From Escherichia coli (GTDB taxonomy: Bacteria; Pseudomonadota; Gammaproteobacteria; Enterobacterales; Enterobacteriaceae), in assembly GCF_030384885.1 (NCBI RefSeq), contig NZ_CP128613.1: 64,000 bases of DNA; one strand, given 5' to 3'. Shown piece by piece: positions 35,723 to 49,331 of this stretch; position 1 is the stretch's first letter, and every line of letters begins with the position of its first letter. The translations under genes and the position numbers were made by a program. The notes beneath the pieces were generated by a model, which saw only the letters and a program-made list of their open reading frames with translations, was not told where the DNA came from and did not search any database.

Positions 35723-37150
35723 ATGAGCGATAAAAAGAAGCGCAGTATGGCGGGTTTGCCGTGGATCGCGGCGATGGCCTTCTTCATGCAGGCACTTGAT
35801 GCCACTATTCTGAATACCGCCTTACCCGCAATCGCTCATAGCCTTAATCGTTCTCCTCTCGCGATGCAATCAGCCATCATCAGTTACACGCTGACGGTGG
35901 CGATGCTTATTCCGGTAAGCGGATGGCTAGCCGATCGCTTCGGTACGCGTCGCATATTTACCCTTGCCGTGAGTCTGTTCACATTGGGTTCTCTGGCCTG
36001 CGCACTTTCTAACTCGCTACCACAGCTGGTTGTCTTCCGGGTTATTCAGGGGATAGGTGGCGCAATGATGATGCCTGTTGCTCGGCTGGCCTTACTGCGT
36101 GCTTATCCTCGTAATGAGCTTCTTCCTGTATTGAATTTTGTCGCCATGCCGGGTCTGGTGGGGCCAATTTTAGGCCCCGTACTTGGCGGCGTGCTGGTCA
36201 CCTGGGCAACCTGGCACTGGATATTTTTAATCAATATCCCCATAGGTATTGCCGGCCTTCTTTACGCGCGCAAACATATGCCCAATTTCACCACCGCACG
36301 ACGCAGATTCGATATCACTGGCTTTTTGCTGTTTGGCCTCAGCCTTGTTCTCTTCTCAAGCGGAATAGAGCTATTCGGTGAAAAGATTGTCGCCAGTTGG
36401 ATTGCCTTGACGGTAATTGTCACCAGCATCGGGTTACTGCTTCTCTATATTCTCCATGCACGACGCACGCTAAACCCATTAATTTCATTAGATTTATTTA
36501 AAACCCGCACTTTCTCGATCGGTATAGTAGGCAATATTGCAACCCGTCTGGGGACCGGCTGTGTACCGTTCCTTATGCCATTGATGTTACAGGTAGGATT
36601 TGGTTATCAGGCGTTTATTGCCGGCTGTATGATGGCACCGACAGCGTTAGGTTCCATTATTGCAAAATCGATGGTTACCCAAGTCTTACGTCGTCTGGGC
36701 TATCGCCATACGTTAGTGGGGATCACGGTAATTATTGGGCTAATGATCGCTCAGTTCTCTTTGCAATCACCAGCAATGGCGATATGGATGCTGATCTTGC
36801 CGTTGTTTATATTAGGGATGGCTATGTCGACGCAATTTACCGCGATGAATACCATCACACTTGCCGATCTGACCGATGACAACGCCAGCAGCGGTAACAG
36901 TGTTCTGGCGGTCACGCAGCAACTGTCTATCAGTTTAGGCGTTGCTGTAAGTGCGGCCGTCCTTCGCGTTTATGAAGGGATGGAAGGCACAACGACTGTC
37001 GAACAATTCCACTATACGTTTATCACAATGGGCATTATTACTGTTGCTTCAGCAGCAATGTTCATGCTTCTGAAAACAACCGATGGTAATAATTTGATCA
37101 AAAGACAGCGTAAATCTAAGCCGAACCGCGTTCCATCAGAATCGGAGTAA
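35723..37150 (+). CDS. hsrA: MFS-family efflux transporter HsrA/YieO
   Basis: 475-aa polytopic membrane ORF; 22 bp after yieP (operon). Confidence 0.85.
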
Positions 37151-38108
37151 GTTGTAATCGTTGTTGCTGAAGGGTCGGTTGGGTTATCCGATGGATGAGT
37201 ACATCAATCGCCAGCTCCCCCAGTTCATCTTTCGGTTGATGGATAGTGGTTAATGGTGGCGTCATAAAGCTTGCCAGTTCGATATCGTCATAGCCAATCA
37301 CCGCGATATCCTGCGGAACCTGTAACTCTGCCTGATATAGCGCCTGGTAAACGCCAACAGCCATAGCGTCATTTCCGGTAAAGACGGCCTGAGGACGCAG
37401 CGGATGTGATAACAGTTGGCGCATAGCGTCAAACCCGCCGTTAAATTCAAAATCACCAGTGACTTCATAGCCATCAGGAATGTTGAGACCCGCACGTTTC
37501 ATCGCCGCCCGATAACCTTCCAACCGCAGGCGCGCCGGAGTTTTATCCAGCGGGCCGGTAATACAGGCGATACGGGTATGACCTTTATCGATCAGATATT
37601 GCGTTGCTAAGTCTCCGCCCAGCAACGAGTTATCCTGAATAAGATCGCTGTCGCCATCGAACGGTGCCCAGTCCATCATCACGGTAGGCACTGTCGGATA
37701 ACGTTGCATGATTTCACGCGAAGGCTGATGCGTTTCGGTGCACAGTAACAGCAAGCCATCAACGCGTTTTTGCATCAGCGTTTCCAGATTGCGATTCATC
37801 CGCTGTTCATCGCCTTCGGTATTGCAAAGGACAAGACTATAACCGCGTTCGAAGCAGCTGCGTTCAACGCCACGCACCAGTTCAGAATAGAAAGGATTGG
37901 TACTGGCAGTGATCAACATGCCAATGGTATGTGTTTGATTGAGTTTGAGGCTACGCGCCAGAGCTGATGGCGCGTAATTGAGTTCTTTAATCGCCGCTTC
38001 AACTTTGGCGGTAATCGCTTCACTGACGAAGCGATCTTTATTGATAACGTGAGAAACTGTTGAGGTAGAAACGCCCGCCAGGCGGGCAACATCTTTCATT
38101 GTAGCCAA
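37116..38108 (-). CDS. rbsR: ribose operon repressor (LacI family)
   Basis: 330-aa [35 protein letters not shown]...; LacI HTH plus periplasmic-binding-protein-like domain. Confidence 0.95.
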
Positions 38109-38111
38109 GCG

Positions 38112-39041
38112 TCACCTCTGCCTGTCTAAAAATGCGTCGATCTCTTCACGCCACGGTACGGAAGGTTGTGCGCCTTTACGTGTTACGGCAATCGCAGCGG
38201 CGGCATGGGCAAAACGAATCGCCTCTGGCAAAGTTTTTTCTTCCAGCAACGCCGTGATTAACGCGCCGTTAAAGGTATCTCCGGCAGCAATGGTATCGAC
38301 AGCCTGCACCCGGAATCCAGGAACGCGCTGACCTTCACCATTCACGCTAGCCCATACACCACGACTTCCTAAAGTAATCAGTACAGTACGGATACCTTTT
38401 TCATGCAGTACCTGCGCCGCTTTCGCTGCATCTTCATCATTTTCAACGCGAATACCGGTGAGCTTTTCTGCTTCCGTTTCGTTTGGCGTAATAATGTCCA
38501 CCAGTGCCAGCAGTTCGTCAGGAAGTTCGCGAGCCGGAGCCGGGTTAAGCGCAACGATAGTCTTATTTTGATGGGCGATTTTCGCCGCTGCCATCACACT
38601 TTCGAGTGGTGATTCCAGCTGCATTAATAATGCCGATGCGTTAGCAATACGCTCACGTTGCGCCTCCACCAGCGCAGGGGAAAGGGCTGCGTTAGCGCCG
38701 GCATGAATACCAATGACATTCTCACCTTCGCCATTAACAAAAATCAGCGCCACACCTGTTGATTCGCCTTTGATCACGCTCACCGGAGAAATATCGATGT
38801 TATCAGTGGCGAGCTGCTGGCGAACGCTTTCACCAATGCTGTCATCACCCGTACAGGCAATAAACGCGATATTCGCACCGCTACGCCCTGCAGCCACAGC
38901 CTGATTCGCGCCTTTGCCGCCAAATGCAACCTGATAGTGGTTACCGGTTACGGTTTCGCCTGGAGTAGGAAAAGATTGAAGATTAAGAATGTGGTCAGCA
39001 TTAATGCTGCCAAGAACAACGAGGCTGCCTGCGTTTTGCAT
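38112..39041 (-). CDS. rbsK: ribokinase
   Basis: ORF 38112..39068; recognised start MQNAGSLVVLGSINADHILNL (309 aa); PfkB-family motifs. Confidence 0.9.
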   Translation of the reverse strand: MQNAGSLVVLGSINADHILNLQSFPTPGETVTGNHYQVAFGGKGANQAVAAGRSGANIAFIACTGDDSIGESVRQQLATDNIDISPVSVIKGESTGVALIFVNGEGENVIGIHAGANAALSPALVEAQRERIANASALLMQLESPLESVMAAAKIAHQNKTIVALNPAPARELPDELLALVDIITPNETEAEKLTGIRVENDEDAAKAAQVLHEKGIRTVLITLGSRGVWASVNGEGQRVPGFRVQAVDTIAAGDTFNGALITALLEEKTLPEAIRFAHAAAAIAVTRKGAQPSVPWREEIDAFLDRQR

Positions 39042-39166
39042 ATTCGGGATGTCCATAAAATGCGCCACCGTGTTAGGGTGGCGCGTGCCCTGCTTTTCTT
39101 TATTTTACACGTTCATCTGTCGATGACGTATTTATGTCACCATCAGGTCATACAACCTGATTAAAA

Positions 39167-40057
39167 CTACTGCTTAACAACCAGTTTCAGATCAACCGGA
39201 TACTTAGCCTGAACTTTCTCGCCTTTCAGCACTTTATCGGCGGTTTCGACGCCTTTCGCGCCAATCTGATCGGGTAGCTGAGCGATAGTCGCTGCTAGTT
39301 TGCCATCATTCACCGCTTTTTCGCCATCCGGTGTACCGTCAAATCCGACGACCATCACATCCGATTTACCAGCAGTTTGCAGCGCGCGCAGCGCGCCCAG
39401 CGCCATTTCATCATTCTGTGCGAACACAGCCTGAACATCCGGATGAGCGGTCAACAGGTTCTGCATTACGTTCAAACCTTTAGTGCGATCAAAATCGGCT
39501 GGCTGGCTGGCAAGAACATTAAACTTGTGAGCAGCAACGGCCTGCTGGAAACCTTCGCCACGCTCACGGGCTGCGGAGGTACCGGCAATGCCTTGCAGCT
39601 CGATAACTTTGGCACCTTCACCCGCTTTCTTCGCGATATAATCCCCCGCGATTTTGCCGCCCAGTACGTTATCAGAAGCAATATGGCTCACTACTTCACC
39701 TTTCGTGGCCTGGCGGTCAAGAGTGATAACCGGGATGTTCGCCTGGTTAGCCATCTTCACAGCATTACCCACTGCGTCGGAGTCGGTCGGGTTAATCAGC
39801 AGAATTTTGGTGCCGCGAACAGTTAAGTCCTGCACGTTCGCCAGCTCTTTCGCCGGATTGTTCTGGGAGTCCAGCACCACCAGGTTATAGCCGAGTTTAT
39901 CCGCCTCTTTCTGCGCGCCATCTTTCAGCGATACAAAGAACGGGTTATTAAGCGTGGAAACCACCAGCGCGATGGTGTCTTTTGCCATCGCATTCGCACT
40001 GACGGTGGCGCTTAGCGCAACAGCGGAAACCAGGGTAGCCAGTTTTTTCATGTTCAT
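39167..40057 (-). CDS. rbsB: ribose ABC transporter periplasmic binding protein
   Basis: ORF 39167..40063; recognised start [33 protein letters not shown] with signal peptide. Confidence 0.9.
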   Translation of the reverse strand: MNMKKLATLVSAVALSATVSANAMAKDTIALVVSTLNNPFFVSLKDGAQKEADKLGYNLVVLDSQNNPAKELANVQDLTVRGTKILLINPTDSDAVGNAVKMANQANIPVITLDRQATKGEVVSHIASDNVLGGKIAGDYIAKKAGEGAKVIELQGIAGTSAARERGEGFQQAVAAHKFNVLASQPADFDRTKGLNVMQNLLTAHPDVQAVFAQNDEMALGALRALQTAGKSDVMVVGFDGTPDGEKAVNDGKLAATIAQLPDQIGAKGVETADKVLKGEKVQAKYPVDLKLVVKQ

Positions 40058-40081
40058 ATTCAAGATGTCCTGTAGTCGTTA

Positions 40082-41047
40082 TTACTGTTTTTTGTTGTCT
40101 ACCAGCACCGCCAGCAAAATCACCACCGCTTTGACGATCATCTGGTAATAGGAGGAAACACCTAACAAATTCAATCCATTATTAAGGAAGCCAAGAATTA
40201 ATGCGCCGATCAACGTCCCAACAATGCGACCTTTTCCGCCCGCCAGACTCGTACCGCCCAGAACCACCGCAGCAATAGCATCCAGCTCATAGCCAGTCCC
40301 CGCCGTGGGTTGTGCGGAGGAGAGACGCGCCACTTCAATGATCCCGGCCAGCGATGCCAGCAGACCACAAAGAGAATAGACGATGATTTTGATTTTATTG
40401 ACGTTGATACCAGAAAGACGCGTAGCCGCTTCGTTGCCGCCCAGCGCGTAGATGTAACGCCCCAGACGCGTGTGATGCAGCATGTACCAGGCCGCGAGGA
40501 AGACAATTCCCATGATCCAGACTGGCGTCGGTACGCCCAGCGGACGACCAATACCAAACCAACCAAACAGATCGGCGTTCTCAGTAAAGCCGGTATTCAC
40601 TGGGCTACCGTTGGTATAAACCATGGTCACGCCGCGCAGTAAAAGCATCATAACCAGCGTAGCGATAAACGCCTGGACGCGACCTTTCGCTACAATCACC
40701 CCGGTTACCGCACCAATTGCGGCACCTAACGCGAGAGCAGCAGCAACAGCCACCAGCGCATTGACTTCAATGCCGACGATAGATGCAGCAACTGCGCCGG
40801 TCAGCGCCAACAGAGAACCTACTGACAAGTCGATGCCCGACGTCAGGATCACCAGCGTCATCCCGACCGCCATAATGGCATTCACCGAGGTTTGCTGGAG
40901 AATATTGAATAAGTTATTGATGGTGAAAAAGTTCGGGCTTAACGTCGAGACAATCGCGATCAGCACCAGCAGAGCGATAAGCGATTTCTGCTCCATCAGC
41001 CACGCTTTCGTGAAATAACGGCGACCAGAGACAGTCTGGGTTGTCAT
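40082..41047 (-). CDS. rbsC: ribose ABC transporter permease
   Basis: 321-aa polytopic membrane ORF MTTQTVSGRRYFTKAWLMEQKSLIALLVLIAIV... Confidence 0.95.
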   Translation of the reverse strand: MTTQTVSGRRYFTKAWLMEQKSLIALLVLIAIVSTLSPNFFTINNLFNILQQTSVNAIMAVGMTLVILTSGIDLSVGSLLALTGAVAASIVGIEVNALVAVAAALALGAAIGAVTGVIVAKGRVQAFIATLVMMLLLRGVTMVYTNGSPVNTGFTENADLFGWFGIGRPLGVPTPVWIMGIVFLAAWYMLHHTRLGRYIYALGGNEAATRLSGINVNKIKIIVYSLCGLLASLAGIIEVARLSSAQPTAGTGYELDAIAAVVLGGTSLAGGKGRIVGTLIGALILGFLNNGLNLLGVSSYYQMIVKAVVILLAVLVDNKKQ

Positions 41048-41051
41048 TTTT

Positions 41052-42557
41052 TTACTCCTGATTCACGCGATTAAGCTTGCCCACAGCGGCAGCCATTAAC
41101 ACTTCCTGGGTGGCCTGCTCACGAGTAAATTCCCCGCTGAGATGCCCTTCATGCATGACGATGATGCGATCGCTCATGCCTAATACTTCTGGCATCTCCG
41201 ATGACACCAGAATGATGCTCAAGCCATCGGCTTTGAACTGGTTAATCAGTTGATAGATCTCTTTTTTCGCACCAACATCTACGCCACGGGTAGGTTCATC
41301 AAGAATCAACACTTTGGGGCGTGTCATCAGTCCACGGGCAATCGCCACTTTTTGCTGATTGCCACCGGAGAGCAAACCAATTGCCTGTTCCATCGACGGC
41401 GTTTTCACATTAAACAGACGAATAAAATCACTCACTGCCTGCTGTTCATCGGCATGCTTCAAACTGCCGCCAGTACGGCTAAAGTAACGCAGCGCAGTCA
41501 GCGACATATTCTCTTTGACTGACATACCCAGCACTAAACCGTCACGTTTGCGGTCTTCGGAGATATACACAATGCCGTTTGCCAGGCCATCCTGCGGTGA
41601 ACGGGTAACGACTTCATGCCCATCCAGAGTGACGTAACCGCTGGTACGCGGCAGTGCGCCGTAGAGCACTTTCATCAGTTCGGTACGCCCCGCGCCCATC
41701 AAACCAGAGACGCCAAGAATTTCACCTTTGCGTAAGGTAAATGAAACATCATTAACGCCAGGTCCGCAGAGATTATCGACTTTCAGGCGGATATCGCCCG
41801 GCGCTTTGTCCAGGTGTGGATATTGATCTTCCAGCTTGCGGCCCACCATCATCTCAATCAGCGAATCTTCGGTCAGTGATGCCACTTCGCGCTCAGCAAT
41901 AAATTGCCCGTCACGAAAAACAGTAACGTCATCGCAAATTTCGAAGATTTCTTTCATGCGGTGGGAGATATAGACAATACCGCGGCCTTGCGATTTCAGC
42001 TCGCGGATGACGCGGAACAAGGATTCGGTTTCGGTATCGGTCAGTGCATCGGTCGGTTCATCCATAATGATGACTTTCGACTCAAAGCTCAGCACTTTGG
42101 CAATTTCAACCATTTGCTGGTCACCGATGGAAAGATCGCCCACCAGCTTGTCACTTTTAAAACGCAGGTTAAGTTTAGCCAGCAATTTATCCGCTTCGGC
42201 ATACATGGTTTTCCAGTCAATTTTGCCAAAGCGATTAACAAACTCACGACCGAGGAAAATGTTTTCGGCAATGGTTAACTGCGGGATCAGGTTCAGTTCC
42301 TGATGGATGATTCCAATGCCGGCTTCCTGGGATGATTTCGGTCCGGTAAACGTCGTTTCTTTCCCCAGCCATAAAAGCGTACCGGCATCGCGAGTATAGA
42401 TACCAGTAAGCACTTTCATCATGGTGGATTTACCCGCGCCGTTTTCGCCCACCAGCGCCATCACGCGGCCAGGATAGACATTTAACGCTGCGCCCGAGAG
42501 GGCTTTTACGCCCGGGAAGGCTTTATCGATGCCTTTAAGCTGAAGTAATGCTTCCAT
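41052..42557 (-). CDS. rbsA: ribose ABC transporter ATP-binding protein (duplicated ABC domains)
   Basis: 501-aa ORF with two Walker A ([18 protein letters not shown]) and signature motifs. Confidence 0.95.
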   Translation of the reverse strand: MEALLQLKGIDKAFPGVKALSGAALNVYPGRVMALVGENGAGKSTMMKVLTGIYTRDAGTLLWLGKETTFTGPKSSQEAGIGIIHQELNLIPQLTIAENIFLGREFVNRFGKIDWKTMYAEADKLLAKLNLRFKSDKLVGDLSIGDQQMVEIAKVLSFESKVIIMDEPTDALTDTETESLFRVIRELKSQGRGIVYISHRMKEIFEICDDVTVFRDGQFIAEREVASLTEDSLIEMMVGRKLEDQYPHLDKAPGDIRLKVDNLCGPGVNDVSFTLRKGEILGVSGLMGAGRTELMKVLYGALPRTSGYVTLDGHEVVTRSPQDGLANGIVYISEDRKRDGLVLGMSVKENMSLTALRYFSRTGGSLKHADEQQAVSDFIRLFNVKTPSMEQAIGLLSGGNQQKVAIARGLMTRPKVLILDEPTRGVDVGAKKEIYQLINQFKADGLSIILVSSEMPEVLGMSDRIIVMHEGHLSGEFTREQATQEVLMAAAVGKLNRVNQE

Positions 42558-42564
42558 GACGGCC

Positions 42565-42984
42565 TCAGAACGTCACGCCAGCATAGAGAATGATATTCGC
42601 ATACGGAGAACATTCTCCGCTGCGAATTACCGCCTGACTTTCTGCGGTTTGTTGTTTGAATTGTTCATGCGTGGTGTAACGAATTTCAATGGTATTTCCC
42701 TGGTGTTTTTGCAGCTGCTCAAGGTGAGTGAGCAACGTTTCGTGGAGTTGCGGATTATGTTGTTTGATCTCTTCCGCGATAATGGCAGCCTCGACCTGCA
42801 TTTCATTTGTGACGACGCCCAGCACCTGCATAAAAGAAGGTACCCCCTGGGTTAATGCCATATCGATACGCGTTGTACTTTTGGGGATGGGTAAACCAGC
42901 ATCACACACCACCAGCGTATCGGTATGTCCCAGACGGGAGATCACCGAAGAAATATCAGAATTAAGAACGGTGCCTTTTTTCAT
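42565..42984 (-). CDS. rbsD: D-ribose pyranase
   Basis: ORF 42565..42996; recognised start [34 protein letters not shown] with GGAG RBS 7 nt upstream (139 aa). Confidence 0.9.
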   Translation of the reverse strand: MKKGTVLNSDISSVISRLGHTDTLVVCDAGLPIPKSTTRIDMALTQGVPSFMQVLGVVTNEMQVEAAIIAEEIKQHNPQLHETLLTHLEQLQKHQGNTIEIRYTTHEQFKQQTAESQAVIRSGECSPYANIILYAGVTF

Positions 42985-42996
42985 TTTTTTCTCCAT

Positions 42997-43014
42997 CAGC
43001 GAAACGTTTCGCTG
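42997..43014. promoter_or_regulatory. RbsR operator (perfect palindrome) in the rbsD leader
   Basis: CAGCGAAACGTTTCGCTG, an 18-bp perfect palindrome matching the LacI-family GCGAAACGTTTCGC consensus. Confidence 0.65.
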
Positions 43015-43150
43015 ACCCGCAGTTTAATCCTGACTGAGTTGGGAAAACCATCGTGACGTTACGGAAATGTGATCAACATCGAAACGTTTTACATGGTGAT
43101 TAACCATGAAAACAAAAACGCCCCCTTATGGAGAAAGGAGGCGTCTGGCG

Positions 43151-45019
43151 TTAAATTTCGACCTGAGTACCCAGTTCGATAACCCTGTTTGGCGGGATTT
43201 CAAATTGATCCGGTGCGCGCAGCGCATTACGTTGCAACAGCAAATACAGCTTGCCGCGCAAACGCAAATACCACGGACGTTTGCCGAGGATCAGTGATTC
43301 ATGCGACATAAAGAAGGAGGTTTCCATCATCCGGCAACTTAATCCTTCCAGACCACAGCGGTGGAAAACTTCTTCCACGTTTGGCGTTTCCCGCCATCCA
43401 TAACTTGCCACCACGCGCCAGAAAGTGGGCGACAGTTGTTCAATCTGTACCCGACGGACGTTATGGACATATGGCGCGTCTTCAGTGCGCAGAGTTAACA
43501 GAATCACCCGCTCATGCAACACCTTGTTATGTTTCAGGTTATGCATCAGTGCAAAGGGAATGACGTTGATTGCACGCGACATATACACCGCGGTCCCTGG
43601 CACGCGAACGGGCGGTGATTTCTCCAGCGAAGCAATCATCGCTTCCAGAGAGTTGCCATGTTCATGCATCCGCCGCAGCAAGCGGAAACGCTCGCTCTTC
43701 CAGGTAGTCATCACGATAAACATTACCGTACCGAGACTCAGTGGCAACCAGCCGCCTGATAGCAGTTTATCGAGGTTAGCGGTGAACAATGGAATATCAA
43801 CACAAAGGAAAGCAATCAGGATCAGCGCAACAAAATACTTATTCCAGTGCCAGTTCTGACGTGCCACGGTAGTTGAGAGAATAGACGTCAGTACCATGGT
43901 TCCGGTCACCGCAATCCCGTACGCCGCCGCCAGGTTGCTGGAGTGCTCAAAGCTGACGATCACAATCACGACCGCGACATAGAGCATCCAGTTCACAAAC
44001 GGAATATAGATTTGCCCAGACTCCATTTCGGAGGTGTGAATAATGCGCATCGGCGACAAATATCCCAGACGTACGGCCTGACGCGTCAATGAGAAGACGC
44101 CAGAGATAACTGCCTGCGAGGCAATTACCGTCGCCAGTGCGGCGATGATCAGCAGCGGGATCAGCGCCCAGTCCGGTGCCAACAGGAAGAACGGGTTCTT
44201 AATCGCTTCCGGGTTCTTTAACAACAGAGCGCCCTGGCCAAAGTAATTAAGAGTTAATGAAGGCAATACGACGGTGAACCACGCCAGGCGAATCGGGAAC
44301 TTACCAAAGTGCCCCATATCAGCGTACAGCGCCTCGACACCGGTAATCGACAGCACCACTGCCCCTAACGCAATAAACGAAACCGTTTTATATTCAAGGA
44401 AGAAATGCACCGCCCACATCGGATTCAGCGCATGCAGCACTTCCGGGTTAGCAATAATGCTACGTAACCCCAGTACTGCCAGAATCAAAAACCAGGTCAG
44501 CATGATCGGCGCAAACAGCTTACCGACCATAGCCGTGCCATGTTTTTGAATCATAAATAGTAAAGTGAGAACGATGATTGAGAGGGGAACTATCCAGGTA
44601 TCCAGCTGCGGGGCGACGATTTCCAGACCTTCAATGGCAGACATCACCGAAATAGCGGGTGTTATGACGACTTCACCATAGAAAAAGCTGCCGCCGATTA
44701 GCCCCATAATCACCAGCATTGATGTGGTTCGCGCTGACGTATTACGCCCGGCAAGCGACATCAACGTCAGGATCCCCCCCTCACCGGCGTTATCTGCCCG
44801 CATCACGAAGGTGAGATACTTAATGGAAACCACAAAGATTAGCAGCCAGAAGATCAGCGATAAAAAGCCAAACACGGCATCGCGTTCAACGCCAAAACCA
44901 AACTGGCCGGACAAACATTCACGAAGTGTATATAACGGGCTGGTACCAATATCGCCGTAGACAACTCCAATCGCCGCGAGGGTAATCGCGGGCAACGATT
45001 GCTTATTATCAGTGCTCAT
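43151..45019 (-). CDS. kup: low-affinity potassium uptake protein Kup/TrkD
   Basis: 622-aa [37 protein letters not shown]...; 12-TM KUP family. Confidence 0.95.
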   Translation of the reverse strand: MSTDNKQSLPAITLAAIGVVYGDIGTSPLYTLRECLSGQFGFGVERDAVFGFLSLIFWLLIFVVSIKYLTFVMRADNAGEGGILTLMSLAGRNTSARTTSMLVIMGLIGGSFFYGEVVITPAISVMSAIEGLEIVAPQLDTWIVPLSIIVLTLLFMIQKHGTAMVGKLFAPIMLTWFLILAVLGLRSIIANPEVLHALNPMWAVHFFLEYKTVSFIALGAVVLSITGVEALYADMGHFGKFPIRLAWFTVVLPSLTLNYFGQGALLLKNPEAIKNPFFLLAPDWALIPLLIIAALATVIASQAVISGVFSLTRQAVRLGYLSPMRIIHTSEMESGQIYIPFVNWMLYVAVVIVIVSFEHSSNLAAAYGIAVTGTMVLTSILSTTVARQNWHWNKYFVALILIAFLCVDIPLFTANLDKLLSGGWLPLSLGTVMFIVMTTWKSERFRLLRRMHEHGNSLEAMIASLEKSPPVRVPGTAVYMSRAINVIPFALMHNLKHNKVLHERVILLTLRTEDAPYVHNVRRVQIEQLSPTFWRVVASYGWRETPNVEEVFHRCGLEGLSCRMMETSFFMSHESLILGKRPWYLRLRGKLYLLLQRNALRAPDQFEIPPNRVIELGTQVEI

Positions 45020-45241
45020 AGACTAGTCTTTCGTTGAAATATGAAATGTGTGCTTAGTCCCTTGGCCCACAAAAAAGCGCACAGTATGCACGATTAACGA
45101 CAAAATCGTACTCCTAAATGCGGCCACATTAACCTGGCTCAAAGAAAAATAGACCTCTTTTGAGACTATTTTAGCCACCAGCAAGAAACGTCTATACTCG
45201 CAATTTACGCAGAACTTTTGACGAAAGGACGCCACTTCATT

Positions 45242-46738
45242 ATGGCTCACCCTCATTTATTAGCGGAAAGAATTTCCCGCCTGAGCAGTTCGTTGGAAAA
45301 GGGGCTTTATGAACGTAGCCACGCCATCCGCTTGTGTTTATTAGCGGCATTAAGTGGTGAAAGTGTGTTCCTCCTTGGCCCGCCAGGCATTGCCAAAAGT
45401 TTGATCGCCCGGCGCTTAAAATTCGCCTTTCAGAATGCCCGCGCGTTTGAATATCTGATGACCCGCTTCTCCACGCCGGAAGAAGTTTTTGGTCCCCTTT
45501 CTATTCAGGCGCTAAAAGATGAAGGGCGCTATGAACGTTTAACCAGCGGTTACCTGCCGGAAGCAGAAATCGTCTTTCTGGATGAGATCTGGAAAGCGGG
45601 CCCGGCAATTCTTAATACCTTGCTCACCGCCATTAACGAGCGCCAGTTCCGTAACGGTGCACACGTAGAAAAAATCCCGATGCGTCTGCTGGTGGCGGCC
45701 TCCAACGAGCTGCCGGAAGCAGACAGCAGTCTGGAAGCGTTATATGACCGCATGCTGATTCGTCTGTGGTTAGATAAAGTGCAGGATAAAGCGAATTTCC
45801 GCTCCATGCTGACCAGTCAACAGGATGAAAATGACAATCCGGTTCCTGCCTCCTTGCAGGTCACTGATGAAGAATATGAACGCTGGCAGAAAGAGATTGG
45901 TGAAATTACGCTGCCCGATCATGTATTTGAGCTGATTTTTATGCTGCGCCAGCAACTGGATAAATTACCGGATGCGCCTTATGTCTCGGATCGTCGCTGG
46001 AAAAAAGCGATCCGCTTATTGCAGGCCAGCGCCTTTTTTAGCGGTCGCAGTGCTGTTGCCCCGGTAGATCTCATTTTGCTGAAAGATTGCCTGTGGTATG
46101 ACGCGCAAAGCCTGAATTTGATACAACAACAAATTGATGTATTGATGACCGGTCATGCCTGGCAACAGCAAGGGATGTTGACCCGCCTGGGCGCGATTGT
46201 GCAACGTCACCTGCAACTACAGCAGCAACAAAGCGATAAAACAGCCTTAACGGTAATTCGTCTGGGCGGCATTTTCAGCCGTCGTCAGCAGTATCAACTC
46301 CCTGTTAACGTTACTGCTTCCACTCTGACTCTGCTGCTGCAAAAACCGTTAAAACTGCATGATATGGAAGTGGTTCATATCTCCTTTGAGCGTAGCGCGC
46401 TGGAACAGTGGCTGAGCAGAGGTGGTGAAATTCGCGGCAAACTGAACGGTATCGGCTTTGCCCAGAAACTGAATCTGGAAGTTGATAGCGCCCAACATCT
46501 TGTCGTACGCGATGTAAGTTTACAAGGCAGTACGCTGGCACTTCCCGGTTCATCGGCTGAAGGTCTGCCAGGTGAAATAAAACAACAACTGGAAGAGCTT
46601 GAAAGCGACTGGCGCAAGCAACACGCTTTATTCAGCGAACAGCAAAAATGTCTGTTTATCCCTGGCGACTGGTTAGGTCGCATTGAAGCCAGCCTACAGG
46701 ATGTCGGCACCCAGATTCGCCAGGCACAACAATGCTAA
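45242..46738 (+). CDS. ravA: MoxR-family AAA+ ATPase RavA
   Basis: ORF 45218..46738; recognised start [31 protein letters not shown]; Walker A GPPGIAKS. Confidence 0.9.
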
Positions 46739-48183
46739 CGCTGGATACGCTTAATGTGATGCTGGCCGTCAGCGAAGAGGGATTGATCGAAGAGATGATC
46801 ATCGCGCTGCTGGCCTCACCGCAGCTGGCAGTCTTCTTTGAAAAATTCCCACGACTGAAGGCGGCAATCACTGATGATGTTCCCCGCTGGCGTGAGGCGC
46901 TGCGCAGTCGGCTGAAAGATGCCCGAGTCCCGCCAGAACTCACCGAAGAGGTTATGTGCTATCAGCAAAGCCAGCTCCTCTCCACGCCGCAGTTTATTGT
47001 GCAGCTACCACAGATCCTGGACTTACTGCATCGTCTGAATTCTCCATGGGCTGAACAAGCCCGACAGTTGGTTGATGCTAACAGCACGATCACTTCAGCG
47101 TTACACACACTTTTTCTCCAGCGTTGGCGTTTAAGTCTGATCGTGCAAGCAACGACGTTAAATCAACAGCTATTAGAAGAAGAACGCGAACAACTGTTGA
47201 GTGAAGTTCAGGAACGCATGACGCTGAGCGGGCAACTTGAACCGATTCTCGCAGATAACAATACCGCAGCTGGTCGTCTGTGGGATATGAGCGCCGGTCA
47301 GCTTAAACGTGGCGACTATCAGTTGATTGTGAAATACGGTGAATTTCTTAACGAACAGCCGGAACTGAAACGCCTGGCAGAACAGTTGGGGCGTTCCCGG
47401 GAAGCCAAATCAATACCGCGCAACGATGCGCAGATGGAAACCTTCCGCACCATGGTGCGCGAACCGGCGACAGTTCCTGAGCAGGTTGATGGACTGCAAC
47501 AAAGTGATGATATTTTACGCCTTCTACCTCCGGAACTGGCGACGCTGGGGATAACAGAACTGGAATATGAGTTTTATCGTCGGCTGGTGGAAAAACAATT
47601 GCTCACCTATCGCCTGCACGGTGAGTCGTGGCGTGAAAAAGTGATCGAACGCCCGGTGGTGCATAAAGATTACGACGAACAGCCGCGCGGACCGTTTATT
47701 GTCTGCGTGGATACTTCCGGCTCAATGGGCGGCTTTAATGAACAGTGTGCGAAAGCGTTCTGCCTGGCCTTGATGCGCATTGCTCTCGCTGAAAACCGGC
47801 GCTGCTATATTATGCTATTTTCCACCGAGATCGTCCGTTATGAGCTTTCAGGCCCACAAGGTATTGAGCAAGCGATCCGCTTTTTAAGTCAGCAGTTTCG
47901 TGGCGGTACCGATCTTGCCAGTTGTTTCCGCGCCATTATGGAACGCTTGCAAAGTCGGGAGTGGTTTGACGCCGATGCGGTGGTGATTTCTGATTTTATC
48001 GCCCAGCGGTTGCCTGACGACGTGACGAGCAAAGTGAAAGAGTTGCAGCGGGTACATCAGCATCGCTTTCATGCCGTGGCGATGTCGGCACATGGCAAAC
48101 CCGGCATCATGCGCATTTTCGATCATATCTGGCGCTTTGATACCGGGATGCGAAGCCGCCTGCTCAGACGCTGGCGGCGATAA
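46732..48183 (+). CDS. viaA: von Willebrand factor A domain protein ViaA
   Basis: 483-aa ORF; 7-nt overlap with ravA; C-terminal VWA domain with DTSGSM MIDAS motif. Confidence 0.9.
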
Positions 48184-48187
48184 ACAA

Positions 48188-49180
48188 TTACAGCAGAGAA
48201 GGGACGCTCTCGCGAACAGCTGCCGGCCATACACCACACTGAACCTGGCCGATATGTGGCAGTTGCAGCAGCAGCATGGTCAAACGAGACTGCCCGATAC
48301 CGCCGCCGATGGTCTGCGGCATTTCACCGCGCAGCAGCGCCTGATGCCACTCCAGCTGCAGACGATCTTCATCACCGGTCAGCGCCAGCTGATGTTTCAA
48401 CGTATCGGCATCCACGCGGATCCCCATGGAAGAAAGCTCAAACGCATCTTCCAGTACCGGGTTCCATACCAGAATATCGCCGTTCAGACCCGCATGGCCC
48501 AGCTCTGACGGGGTGCTCCAGTCATCATAATCCGGTGCGCGCACGTCGTGACGATGACCATCACTCAACTTGCCGCCAATCCCGACGAGGAATACCGCGC
48601 CAAGATCTTTCGCAATCGCCCGCTCACGTCCTTTGGCATCGAGATCCGGATAACGAGCCAGTAACTCCTGGCTGTGTACGAAGTGGATCTGATCCGGCAG
48701 GAACGGTGCCAGGCCAAACTCTTCGCTAACCGCAGCTTCGGTTGCTTTAATTCCCGCCCAGATCGCCTCTACTGTGCTTTTCAGAGTCGAGAATTGACGC
48801 TCGCCGTCGCCCATTACGCGTTCCCAGTCCCACTGGTCAACATAGACCGAGTGCAACGGGGAAAGACGGTCTTCATCGGGGCGAAGGGCTTTCATGTGCG
48901 TGTACAGCCCTTCGCCCGCGCTGAAGTCGTGTTGCCCTAAGGTCTGACGTTTCCACTTCGCCAGTGAATGAACCACTTCGAACTGGGCATCAGGCAGAGC
49001 TTTCACTTTTACCTGCACCGCTTTTTCACAGCCCGACAAGTTATCCTGCGTGCCATCCCCCACACGGCTAAGAATCGGCGCCTGGACTTCAATCAGCCCC
49101 AGACGTTCTTCCAGTTGACGAGAAAAGTGAGATTTCACGAAGCTAATTTGACGTTGTTTGGCAATGTAAGCGGTTTTCAT
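48188..49180 (-). CDS. asnA: aspartate--ammonia ligase (asparagine synthetase A)
   Basis: 330-aa [46 protein letters not shown]... Confidence 0.95.
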   Translation of the reverse strand: MKTAYIAKQRQISFVKSHFSRQLEERLGLIEVQAPILSRVGDGTQDNLSGCEKAVQVKVKALPDAQFEVVHSLAKWKRQTLGQHDFSAGEGLYTHMKALRPDEDRLSPLHSVYVDQWDWERVMGDGERQFSTLKSTVEAIWAGIKATEAAVSEEFGLAPFLPDQIHFVHSQELLARYPDLDAKGRERAIAKDLGAVFLVGIGGKLSDGHRHDVRAPDYDDWSTPSELGHAGLNGDILVWNPVLEDAFELSSMGIRVDADTLKHQLALTGDEDRLQLEWHQALLRGEMPQTIGGGIGQSRLTMLLLQLPHIGQVQCGVWPAAVRESVPSLL

Positions 49181-49331
49181 TTTTTATACTCCTGCGTCCT
49201 GTTGCTTATGATTAAGCAACAAAAACCGACACACATGCAATAATCATTCAATAAAAAGCCTCACACACTTTTGATTCATTAAAAAAGAAGGCTAAAATAG
49301 AATGATTCTTCAATCTGCATAAGAAAATCCT

